Below are positions 52,240 to 64,000 of a DNA stretch of 64,000 bases, one piece after another; position 1 is the stretch's first letter, and every line of letters starts with the position of its first letter. The position numbers and the translations under genes were made by a program. Origin of the DNA: Paraspadella gotoi (lineage: Eukaryota > Animalia > Chaetognatha); assembly GCA_051294375.1 (NCBI GenBank), contig CM119263.1:12317723-12381722 (forward strand). Reading direction: 5' to 3'. The notes below the pieces were generated by a model that saw nothing but the letters and a program-made list of their open reading frames with translations, was not told the origin of the DNA and did no database searches.

Positions 52240-52957
52240 TCAGGGTATAAAAAATGCCGGATGACGTTTTGTCGATTTTGTCTTTTGGGATCAGCGACGT
52301 CAAAGAGCACGTCGCCCTGAGACGCGGCGAGGAATAAGAATCGGCAGTGGAAAAATGAAGAGCCGGGCGGAATGCGGGGGGAGACGGATCAGCCCGACAG
52401 GGAGAGGAGCGGCGCCGGAAAAGTTTGGCGCGTCGGGATCGTAAATGTACCATCGTGGGGTCGGGATTCCGTTTTGGGGCTTCTTTTTTTCATAATAATA
52501 CTTTTTTTCTTTGACTTTCCATAATAGGTAATGAAATATTTCGTGTTTGCACCGTATTTGCACCCTACTGTATAATGTGTAGTGAATATGCTCTCCCCTT
52601 TTGCCTCAACATTTTTCTCTCTCTACGTCAACTAACGAGAAAAATTATCTGACATTTGATTCTTGACTCGTTTTCATCGTCATGACCTTTTGTTTTTCCC
52701 TCCTGCTTCTTATTCTTATCTATTATTCTTCTCTATCTGACGCTTTTAACTTTCTTTCTTCCCCCTAGCTATCTCTCTCAGTCTTCTTTTCTCTTTTCTT
52801 CTCGTTCTTCCTTCCCTTTACCATCGTATTCTCACGTTTCTTTCAACTCTTGTCTGCGGAGTTAACCAACACAAACCTTTCAGTTTCTTTCTGGTGAGGC
52901 TCGTCCTTCTTAAAGATTAACCATCACCATTAAATCCGTTTCTCCGATCCTTTTCCT

Positions 52958-53030
<73 letters not shown>

Positions 53031-53382
53031 TTGATGGGTTTCCATTGCGTTTCTCTCCTTGTTCTGTGTTTACGTCCGGTTCTCTCAGAAGAATATCATT
53101 TACCAAAATAAAAAAAACAAGTCGCTAACGGAAAAGTGTTCAGAATATCATTTAACAATTAGCAGCGAGTGATGTGTTTTTCTTCATTCAATTTTCCTTC
53201 CAAAGAATGGTTTTATGAGTAATATTCAAAGATTCAGAAAGATAAATTACGGAAATGTAGAAGATCGACTAATTTTAAAAGACAGAAAAGATAGATCTAG
53301 AGACAGAGTATAGATAGAGTATAGTTAGAGTGAGATACGATGAAGTTAAACGTATAAATTTCTCTTTTTCAGACCTTTGACG

Positions 53383-56099
53383 ATGGGAGCGGAGGAGTCG
53401 AGCCACTCCGTGCCCCTTCCCCCTCCCCCGACGCCCAACTTTCCCTACTTCTGCTTTTCCCTTTTTGAAGACACGATTCATCTCATTTACGCCGGCGAAA
53501 CGGAGATTCACATTTTTCTGGAAACCATCAAAAAGGTGAATGGAATTCAATGTTTGACAGATCCGGGGTTTTTTTTTCGCTCGTCTTTTTCCTTTTTTTT
53601 TTTTACTTTTCCCTCGATAATATTCCTTAAAATCTTTAAAACATTAAGACTTTCAATAAAAAAAAGTGTTTTTTTGACTAATTGTTTGTCTTTATTCCAG
53701 CTATGGCCGCCTGGCATAGACCATCACAAACCCGCCCTGGAGAACGCCTACAAAATCGTTGTAAGCGCGTCCCCCTTTGCTTCTGGTTCGTCGAAGAAAC
53801 TGGCGATTCTACAGAAAAACATGATCGCAGGTCGGTTCAGTTTCATCAAGTTGAAGAGACAGTAATTATTGTTATGTGTTAGTGACAGAACCGTTCAATA
53901 CAAGCAGTCCCTGAGCTTCGATTCAGGCTGTAACACCATGTTACAGGCGGGTTAAGCGCCCCGTCCCTCTTAACTGCTAGGCGGCCACCGGGCTAGAACC
54001 CCGGACCTTTGGGTTGGGAGGCTAATGACTTGCCTCCGGCACCAATGGCCGCTGATGAACGGTTGGTGGATTTTAGTCCACCATAAAGTCAATGTGAGGA
54101 AAGGTACGTTAAAGAACGACCCGGTTGACAAATTCGCACTCTCCTTGCAGAGATCATCTACCAATTGGGGAAACTCGGTTGGCAGCCCTTGGCTTCGAGC
54201 GACTTGAAGCGCGACTGGGAAGTGCCGACCATTCTGATGGAGAGGACGACGACGCCGATCGACGGCGACGAGGTGGACAAGCTCCACGTCGTCGGCATAA
54301 GCAGCACCGACAGCCTCCAACTCCTCAACACCGACACGAGGATCAATGGGCTCGTCAAGGACGCCATAAGGTGCTGCTTGACGGGCTTGTGGTTGGCAAC
54401 TAATTGATCAAGACAGGAAGGGATGTATGTATGAATGTAAGCAGTGATGTTTGGTAAATAAAGTGAATGTTAGAAACTTTCGTGAAGGGTAAATTTTAAA
54501 ATAAATCGACAAAGAAAATTTAAGAACGGGCGATGTAACTGGCGTCTTTCAAAATCCTTTTCTCATTTAGAAAAAAAAAAACAGGAAACTTTCTCTCTGC
54601 CTCCCGAAGTAAATAAATTTTCTTTTATCGCGTGAAAGGAACTTTTTTTTAAAAACTCGATTAAAAAGGAGTGCGAAGTTAGAAAATATACTGAGAAAAT
54701 AAGTCATCGATTATCCGAAAGATAAACTGTTTTAATAGAAACGCCTACGCCTCTGGTGCCCCAGAGTCATCCATGGGCATGGGAGGTCGTTACTATCCCA
54801 CGCTGCTTTTTAATCTTTCGATTTGAACGTCTTTCTTTCAACACCCCCCCACTCTGGCTCCAGACACGAACATTAACATGCCACAAAACGTTGACAATAT
54901 TTACCGATTGTATTTTCTTAAATTTCTTCATATTTTCTAAACGTAAAAATATAAAAAGCTGAACAGAATGAGCTATTTCCAAAGGTCAACTAACTTAAGT
55001 TAGCCTTTTCAGCATGATTTTTATATCAGCTATTTAAAAATGCAAATCGACTTTTTGGATATTATGATGTTTTTACATTTTTTTAAAAGTTTATTTTATT
55101 TTTATTAGCTGAAAATTGTATCCCAATTAAAACTAAAATTTCAATAAACCGAATTTCAATAATAAAAAGGTACATTTTTTAACTGAACAAATAAGTTATA
55201 TTTTAAGTATATTTTTTAAATATATAAAAATAATTAAAAGTCCTTTATTTACTTCTAAATATAATATGTTAAGGTTCAGTTTTTTATGATCATTTTGAGA
55301 CTATCTTTGTCGTTATCATGTTTTCCCTCAATTGTGAATAAAATAAGTTTTAAGTTAAAAAGTAAAAGCTTTTGAATTCTTAAATTATTCCTGCCAAGTT
55401 GGACAACGCCGTTTCTTCATTAAAATACTCGCTTTTAGCAGAAATTAAAAAAAATATTTTCTAGAATGGTTCTAGAACAGTTTTTAACGGTCTTTTAAAT
55501 TTTTTTCTACGTATTCGGAGCGAGAGTCAATTCTTTTGTGGCATTTCTTCGACATTCCATCTCCTTCGCGCTCCTCACTTGGCCCTTCCGCCCTTCCCCT
55601 TACCCCACCTCCATTTCCAGGGCGGCGTGGATTCATCCGATTCAGAGGGAAAAGGAAATCAAACACGAAGGAATCGTCTGCCTCGAACTTAAAATGGGAG
55701 GCGAAATGTGGGGAGAAGGAGTGGATGATGAGGAGGCGCTTTTCGCCAGAAAGGTGGGCAAGACTGGGTACCGGGCACGTCGAGGCAGGGAGCCAAGAAG
55801 GAGATTTCCTGGCAGAATGTTGGCCAGGTGGTTGTAATGTGAAAGTCTTTGGCGGAAAGTTGGGCTTTGGTAGGTTGCTCTTATGAAATAAATTTCGATG
55901 CCAAAAAAGGACTTACATTTTTATACATTACCGGAAATTCGCTTTCTCAAGCTTTATCGATTAGAATGACTGCTTGACTAATCGTCTGTCTGTGCCTCAC
56001 GAGTGGAGCAGACCAATGACCATTAATAAATGTACGCAGAAACTTCTTCCTTTCCTCTTTGGCGGAGAAGAAGGTTTCCCAAATCGTTTTGAGTTTTAA

Positions 56100-56147
<48 letters not shown>

Positions 56148-58341
56148 TTCGTGTCCTCTGTTCTCACACCATCTATCTCTCTCCATTACTGGCAGGGGTT
56201 CCTGCAGTGAGACATGGGTTTTCTCACCGGAGATGTGATTTAGCTCCGTGAAGGGTGGATCAGACGATAGTGTGACCTTCTCCCTCACGGTTAAACAATC
56301 ATTTCTGCGCTCTCTCTCTTTCTTTCTCTCTCTTTTCCCAACTCATAACCTTGGCGACCTCGGACCTCAAGTTTGACCCTAAAAGTAGGAAAAGGAATTT
56401 AAGTCCGTCCATTTCTACTTGGTCTGACGACATCGAAGTCGACGACGTCGACGACGACGACGTAGATTTTCTTGTCGAGACGACGACGCGTACGAAGTTG
56501 CTGGCGAGGATGACAATGTTGACATGGTTATTATAAGTTGACGGTGACATCTACGGCAATGACAAATTGACAATAACAACACCGACACAGATAATATACT
56601 AAAAGAGGAGAGAGCCTTCCAGGAGAAAGCAAAAAGAAAAAGTTTTCGAGGCAGCAGTTACCTAGTATTAGTTTAATTCACGACTTTATTTAGCATTTAG
56701 CATTCTCGACCCTAACGAAATTACTGATAAAATTTAATTCACGAATGAGTATAAAAGTTACAAATAAAGATAAAAACTTTTTTTTTTCTTTTTTTTTTCG
56801 CTGGTTTCGGAAAGCTTTATATTTTCACGAACAACAGAATAATATGAACAATGGAATAAAGAAAGAGGGGGGAAAAAAGAAAAAAGCCTTTAAAAATGCA
56901 AATAAAAAGGGGAAAAGAGGGATCTTTTGAAAGAACAGGCAATAAACGTCGCGCCGTCATTCAGAGAACCTCACCTCGCCTTACCCCTTCTCTCCTACGC
57001 CCTCTTTAACTCCCACCAGACACCACCCTTACCGCATCCCGTTTCTTCATCTTTTTTTTATGTCGACTCGAGTTAAAGTTTAACCGAGAAAAGGTTTATT
57101 ATCACGCGATTGCTCACTTTTCTCATTTTTAAACCGGGGCGAAAAAGACGACGTCGAAGGTGACACTAACGATGACGAACTATATGGCGCATACTATATA
57201 GTATGTATATTTTTTAAATTACGTCGTATTTTTTAAAAATAATGAAAAACTTTCTAACTTTATTAAGATGCTTTCATGAAATTGCAAAAAATAAAAAAAA
57301 TTTAAAAAAACGCATGTAAAGAGAGGTCGTACGCGTGCAATACTTGGCGTCGTTATGTAAATACTGATCATTGTTAGTTCGTTGCCAACCATTTAGAAAA
57401 GCTCAGTACTGTCAAAATGAACGCCAGGGATCGCCCGTTAACGGAAGATATTAAGATATTTTCTACACTCCCCTGAAGACGCTTACTAAGTTCTTAACAA
57501 CCACATCAACCACCACATCCTCATCAATTGACGATTACATCAACAATTACATTATCAACTTGGCGTTTTGGAGATAGATATAATTCCAGCTGAGGCTAAC
57601 TAAGACAGTACTAAATAACGCAAGTCTAGGCGGAATTTTGTAACTCCCAAAATGCAATCCCTGGGAACGAACAACTTTGGATTCTTAATTATTGCGTTCT
57701 GTCGACGCGACATTGTTTCTCCTTGGCACGCTGCAAGGGGCGTTGCCGAGGAGATATATGATATTAGTTCTTTATCGTTTCGCATCATATCATATCAGTG
57801 AACCGAGTGTTTTTCCACTCTGATGAAACTCCTAGTTTTCTCTCAATGGAACATCCGTTGCGCTGCGCACTGCGCACTGCGCTGACTCGACAATTAATGA
57901 CGATCATGGAAGATCCACGTTCAACAATCAACTCCAAATGACAAACGATAAAAGACCAACCATGTACTTCTCTAATGACAATGTCACAAAGACCAAAGCC
58001 GCCAACCACCAAAGTAACGCTGACAACCAGCGATGAATACAAGAGGGCATGAGCTACAATAATTGCCAAAAGCCAAAAGCCACCAACAGCAATAATGACG
58101 AGGTCCCAAAGATCATTGAAAGACATTGAACCATCGCAACCGAGAACGATAAACGAGAGCAGACAACCGATATACGATGAGCGACAGACAGTAAACCGTC
58201 TGTCAGAAACGATTCGCCGATAGGTTTCCCGACGTTGAACGTCGTTAAATCTAGAAAAGAGGAAGGGACAAAGAAGGAAGGAAATTAAAAGAAAAAACTT
58301 TAATGACTTTAATGAGGGGGAGGGTTGAAGAAATAAAAAAG

Positions 58342-58424
<83 letters not shown>

Positions 58425-60390
58425 AGGGAGGAACGCAAAAAATAAAATACGAACAAAGAGAAGAAATAAAAAAGCATGCAAAGAAACAGAGACAAAATTT
58501 AAAAAAAAAATGGAAAAAGAATCTTTAGAAACAAGCCAGGCAACAAAGCAGAAAAACAAATAAAAAAATTCTCGAAAAGCCAGACGTCACAACCGTCCGT
58601 TTTTCCCTAACGAAAAAATAAGAGTTTCCTCCCGATTAGCGTTCGACGTTTTTTGGGAACCTCGCCAGAGATCTCTTCCACCCTTCAAAAGTCATCCTCC
58701 TCCTTTCAAAGAGAACTCGAGCCTTGGCAAATTTCCCATTTGCCCCTATCCCCCTTTCCCATTTGCCCCTTTTCAGATCATGCGAGCGATCGCGGTCCTT
58801 TTAGGCCAATCCTCGCCCCTTTACCGCTCTTCGTTGAATTCATTGTGGACGCATCCCTTAAGAGCGTTTTATTCTGAATTGGACTCTTTTGAAGTCTCTT
58901 CACTTTTCGTTAATCATCTTCCATGAAAAAAAAACGAAAGTGTTGCGTTTACGACGTGAAATAGGGTACCGTCAAACTACATTAAAAATACCTAAAAACA
59001 GACGAATCGAAACGACCGACCGACCAAAAGTATCTGTTGTAGAAATGCGACGTTGTTCGTCTAAAGAGACCCCACTTCAGATGCCAAGTTTTTTGAGAGA
59101 AGACAGACTCTTATCTCGTTGGGGAAAACGGGGGGGGGCGCGGTTGTGGGATAGCGGTTAGGGCTTCAATTTTTTTTCCGCCTGGAAGCACCTCCCACAG
59201 TCCCACACCATGAATACTCGTTAGTGTTTTCAACGAATAATCTGAATTGGTGGTTATTTTTTTTTTTAAAGTTACTCGTTAATGATATTAGGAAGCTTTA
59301 ATTATTTTTAAATTATTATTTTTTATATTTTAATCAACGATTCCTTACCCAGACCCTGACGACGATCGTGGAGACCCTTTCCTCGAAAGGGTTGAAGCGG
59401 TTCGCCAACTTCAACACCAAGACTCGCGGTGTCAGCGACGACGAAGGCAACGCCGACACGCTTTTCTTCGTCAAGGACGTCGCCCACCCCGAGCGGGAGG
59501 CCAAGATGTTTACGGTATGGAATGAGAGAAGAAAGAGGGGGCGCCTACCTTTAAAAGGTTTTAGTTTTAAAGAAAGAAAAAATTGAAATAAATGGTTTTC
59601 ATGAATGTTATTCGAGTTTCCATGCGACATTTTCTCTTGATGCGCAGCGGATTGAATTAGTTGAGTTCGAAAGGACTTCGATAGTCTTCCATAAATTAAT
59701 AGGTCGACTTATAGTTATGTATCGCTTTGCTTAGTGAAAGTGCGTTAGTTTTCGTTTGTATTTATGAATGGTGAAGAATAAAAAACGAAACGAACAAAAA
59801 CGAATTACTCTAAAAGAGAGCAAAAAAAAACTATGTCTTTGTGAATGAGATTAGATGCACTTAAGTTCTAGGCGTTTTAAGGAGTTTCTAATACTAATAC
59901 TATTACTAACGATTTCGGCTTTCTTGTTTTTAGGTGAAAATAGGAAAATCGTTTAGTTTGTAGTCTGGCTTGTTGCCATCCGTTCGTTTCCAATTTCTTT
60001 CCCCTCATACCTATTCCCTAGCATTTTTGATATTTTTAATTGTTTAAACCGTATTTTGTTGTTACCATCTGTCGTCCGTTGCAGTTGTTTTCGGAGGAAA
60101 TTATAAATTCATAAACCAATTCGTGTCATGAATTAAATCCCTTTTTTCTCTCATTCGGCGTTGGTTCAAATATATTCAATTCCCGATTGGTTTACTCCTC
60201 ATGTCGGGTTTATTCATCCGGCATAAATCCCATTTTTAAATCGGCATTTTCTCATTTTTCTTTTTAATTAATGAAACTAGAGAAGGCGTGTCTTTGGTTT
60301 TCTCTTTCTCGGCAGTATTTTTCTATGAAAGAACCATTTATCATTTGCAATTTTTTCTCTGTATGTACAAGCATCTCCTCTTTTCGTCTT

Positions 60391-60421
<31 letters not shown>

Positions 60422-60679
60422 CCCCAACTCCATCTCTATCTATCTCTCTCCGATTTCTCGAAAAGCTTTGCCATTAAATTACTTTTTAATTTGCCTCTCT
60501 CCCTCGGTCTCTTTTTTCCCCGCCAGATGGATCTGCACGGTTACGACGAGATTCGGATGATAGACGCTCCAGCCCCCGTCCCTGACATCATGAAGCACGT
60601 GATAGCGAAGCACTGGAGGCACGGACTGAAGCAGGATTCGGAACCAGTAAAGAGACACGGCCACGAGTGGCACGTCATG
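53383..60679 (+). CDS. Putatively N-myristoylated protein made of tandem ~110-aa alpha/beta repeats of unknown function (3'-incomplete)
   Basis: Phase-consistent GT-AG exons 53383-53535, 53701-53830, 54151-54370, 55621-55753, 59353-59514, 60527-60679 with no stops. The repeat motif recurs three times (CFSLFEDTIHLI..IKKLWPPGI; VGISSTDSLQLL..IRAAWIHPI; MDLHGYDEIRMI..IAKHWRHGL), with LGKLGWQPLASSDL and LSSKGLKRFANFN..DTLFF ends. From memory this resembles the fungal/invertebrate family PTHR38696 (not searched). The N-terminus is MGAEES. Confidence 0.85.
53980..54052 (-). ncRNA. tRNA-like element (tRNA pseudogene or SINE head, Gly-CCC-like loop) in intron 2
   Basis: 73 nt with a perfect 7-bp acceptor stem GCGGCCA/TGGCCGC, perfect 5-bp T stem CCGGG/CCCGG, box-B-like GGTTCTAGCCC and box-A-like TGGTGCCGGAGG. 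The anticodon stem has 2 mismatches around CT-CCC-AA. Confidence 0.6.
58343..58424. repeat. (GAAA)n tetranucleotide microsatellite; a compound (CTTG)n(CTTT)n tract lies at ~61057-61130
   Basis: Direct reading. Confidence 0.95.
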
Positions 60680-61056
60680 GTGAGCGAGGAGGGAGGGGAG
60701 GGGGGTAAGGAGAGGAGGGAAGGAGAGGGGGAATCGGATGAAGGGAAGGGAGGGAAGGATGCTTGGTTTTCACTTATAAATTGACCAGTTGCTTGGTGCA
60801 TCGGAGCTCAACGTATCTTTTCCTTCGATATTTGAAAGCGAATGTCGCCGGTGGTCGCGGGGTCTCGCACTACATCATCATCATAAAGGTTGCGTTGCTC
60901 GTTTCTGGAAGGAATGTGGGAACGGCGCCAGCTGGCGCCACCTGGAAATTTTGATTATTGTGAAGAAACACGAGGTCTGGGTTGATGTTGAAAACTGATT
61001 GTGAAACCGTCGCAGGCATTCCTTCTTCCTCTCTTTTTTTTCTGTTCTTTTTTTTT

Positions 61057-61087
<31 letters not shown>

Positions 61088-61089
61088 TT

Positions 61090-61129
<40 letters not shown>

Positions 61130-64000
61130 TTTTCCTTCTTTCTTTCCTACTTTATTTTATTTTTATTCTTTCTTTTTTCTATCTTTTTACAGCCATCTTT
61201 TTTGTGTAAAGAGCCATCTTCTCAAATAATGAATAATAATTTTATCATTTAATGGCATTATATTATTATATTATCATAGAGTTAAACTTGAATCAATTTT
61301 TTACAAGATGGGTAATAAATATGGTTAAAACTATTTTTAAAAATGTAAAAGATTGTTAAAAAATTTATTTTTCGATTTTTAAATCCACTTACTTCGTAAA
61401 AATTAATATCAAAACATAAATAAGTCATTTTAAAACTTTTTAACGTAAAAAAAAAAACGTTACCCGAGTCAAATAGACAATACATACAAAATATCCAGAT
61501 TGTATTTCGAACCAGATGCGAGGATGTGACGCTCGAGAAAGAGGAAAGCCGCAAAAAATCCCCGCATCGACTGGGAACGCACGAGGGGGATAAAGACGTG
61601 GAAGCGGGCGGAGGGGCGATTGGAGGCGATGGGTTAGGGGGGGAGGTAATTCCATTGGGTGAATCGAAAGAGCAAAGGGGAAGGGAAGGCCGTGGGTGAT
61701 CGAGTTGGGGAATTTGGGTAAGGTTAGGATGCGGAGGATTGAAAATATAGATTAGAGGCGATGGGAAAGATCGAATTTGGACTCAAACTAAAATTATTAT
61801 TTTCGTTTCCTCCCTTGGGACTTTTTTGGGACAAAGACTGTCACTGCGAGAGGCGAGTGGTGAGAGTAAGGGTAATGAGGTGTAGAATTTTAATTTGTGA
61901 ATGTTCGGAATTTACATAGTAATCGGCATAAAAAACTTAAGGATGAACCTACGTAGTTTGTCCGTGAAATGAGAAGGAATGAAAAGAGAAGAAAAATAAG
62001 GAATAAATGATAAATTATTATCAGTTGTGCAGTTAGGATTAGCAATGGAATAAAGAGAAAAGTCGATGCGAAGTTGTGAGAAAGAAGAGTGAATGGTTTG
62101 ATGAGAGCTGGAACCAGGAGGAACATGGGAAGCTTTAATAGATTAAATGTGATGGAGGAAGTGACAAAAAAGCGGAGGTGGACACCAGAATGTAGATGGA
62201 GCTTTAAGTGCGGGTCCGACGGGGTGTAGGCGACATTCAAGATGACTCCTGAGATACGTAAAATAACAAAATAATTGCTAAAAGTCTCTTTTTTTCATGA
62301 AGTGGGGGCAATATAATTACATATATATATATATAAATAACTTTAACATCGTGACATAACTATTTAAGAAACATCATTAAAAATGCTACATAATGATAGC
62401 ATACCTTGATACGAATAAAAGTACTGATTAGTAGGATTGGCAGACCTTGGATGGAAAAGGGCGGAATTATATGGGAAAAGTGAAATTTTTGGCGAGTGAC
62501 GAGTTCAGGTGTCTGCGGAGGACGAGAGGCTTAGGCCAACTCGTATTTCCTGGCCTCTTTTGCCAAAGGATTCATTATGAGGAGGTTCAGCTTGTGGGTG
62601 AAGTCGAAATGAAACGATCCGTTGATTTGCGCGGTTTGGCGCTGATTTGAAAATTAATCGAAGTTGAATATTATCTATAGTTGTTACGAAATAAATTGAA
62701 CTGATTTGAATTTCAATTACTCGGCCTAATGTATTAATTTTAGTAAATAATTTAAATAAATTGAAATCGGCTTAATAGTGATTGATTTAGATTTATTTAA
62801 ATTAATAATTTTTTTTGGTCATGAGTTTATGTGCACATCGTAAGGTCTGGTTGTTAGGAATTCAATTTGAATGGTTGATTGACAAATTCGTTCCAATCAA
62901 AGAAGCATTGTACCCTGGTGAAAGACTGACAGTGAAAAACCCCTTTTCGAGCGGTCGGGTGGAAACGGACCGAGTGACATCAACGATAACCTTCATGTCA
63001 ACCGCTTCTCCGTCTTACATGATGGAACCCTCGCCCTCGAGCCGCACAGGGAAAAGGCTCCCACTCAGAAGGGCAGGTTTTTTTTTTAAAAGGGTGGAAA
63101 AATGAAGTAGAAGATTAGAAGTGACAGGCGTTGATGGGAGAGAGCGAGAGAGACAGAGACCGAGATAAGGCGACGCGTTTCAAAGAGGCAACGGGTAAAA
63201 GCTGAAGAGCTTTCTTGGTTGCAGCTGGTGAAAGAGTGAAGACTCGGAAGGAAGTGATGTGCAAAGGAAAGGGCCGAAAATAAAAAAAGAAAGAGAAAGT
63301 AGGAATGTTAAAAGAGCCGAATGAACGTACAAAGGCGTTAAGTATTTGATAGAAAATTTGCGCAAATGAAGAGAAAAAAGAAAGGGGGTAATGGCTGAGA
63401 CAATAAGAGAAAAGATGAAAGGGTGGAGGGTTGGAAAAAGGATTAAGGAATAAGGAATAAGGATTAAGGAATAAAGATTAAGGAAGACGGGGCGAAGAAA
63501 CGGGCGGAGGTGAAGACGATTGGCGAGGCAAAGAGTAGTAAAGGGAGAATGAAGAAGGAAAAATACAAAAGGCGATGGAAAATGGAAAATGAAAATGGTG
63601 ACAGTAAAGTTGAAAGCGTAAGGAATGACGAACTTAATGTAAAAGGCGAAGTTGATGGAAATGGCGATGGTGATAGAAATAGTGAATAGCGAAGTCAATG
63701 AAAATGGTGAAGTCGATGGAAATGGCAAAGCCGCAGAAAATGGCGAATTAGATAGAAATGGCAAACTTAAAGACGATAGAGAAGGAAAAGGCAAAGGCGA
63801 TGTTAAAGGCGGTTACGAAAAACGTCCCCCGGAATGAAAGTCGAATTAAGATCGACGACGAAGATGAAGATTTGATGGGAGCGAAGGAAATCGGAAAATG
63901 GTTTACGAATGAGGAATGATGTCCGGAGGAGCGGAGTGTTGGGGGCAAAGCGGCAAGAGGGGGAACCAATGGCATGGGGTGGGGAGATTGGAGAAACGAT

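Noticed and set aside
53980-54052. Functional tRNA-Gly(CCC) gene
   Set aside because: Two anticodon-stem mismatches, a T-loop shifted by one base and a poor D-loop
54052-54090. Hammerhead ribozyme (CTGATGA plus hairpin)
   Set aside because: Followed by TAAA rather than GAAA and the spacing is wrong
55813-55860. ECWPGGC.. as an exon of the repeat-protein gene
   Set aside because: Exon 55621-55753 already supplies this part of the repeat in the correct phase

Overview
Eukaryotic (animal-like, invertebrate) draft scaffold: short CpG-rich exons, AT-rich introns, many (CT/GA)n tracts, five N-gaps and long-read-type indel errors. About 21 kb (6768-27070, plus 1-829) looks like redundant gap-fill: two near-identical direct copies of the reverse complement of the ~10 kb segment at 27760-37816, joined by fold-back junctions. 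The non-redundant content is: (i) two convergent type II membrane C-type-lectin genes, one of them TM-coiled coil-7x cbEGF-CTLD; (ii) a divergent multi-exon gene with a possible RWD-like C-terminus; (iii) a 4.46 kb TG...CA element with long, diverged inverted arms, carrying a decayed UIM+RING gene, a second decayed ORF and an AT-rich repeat spacer, but no recognisable transposase; (iv) an internally deleted Tc1 element; (v) a 6+ exon gene for a putatively myristoylated tandem-repeat protein of unknown function, with a tRNA-like multi-hairpin insert in intron 2. Most ORFs in the supplied track are spurious. All gene models were spliced by eye and no database searches were run.
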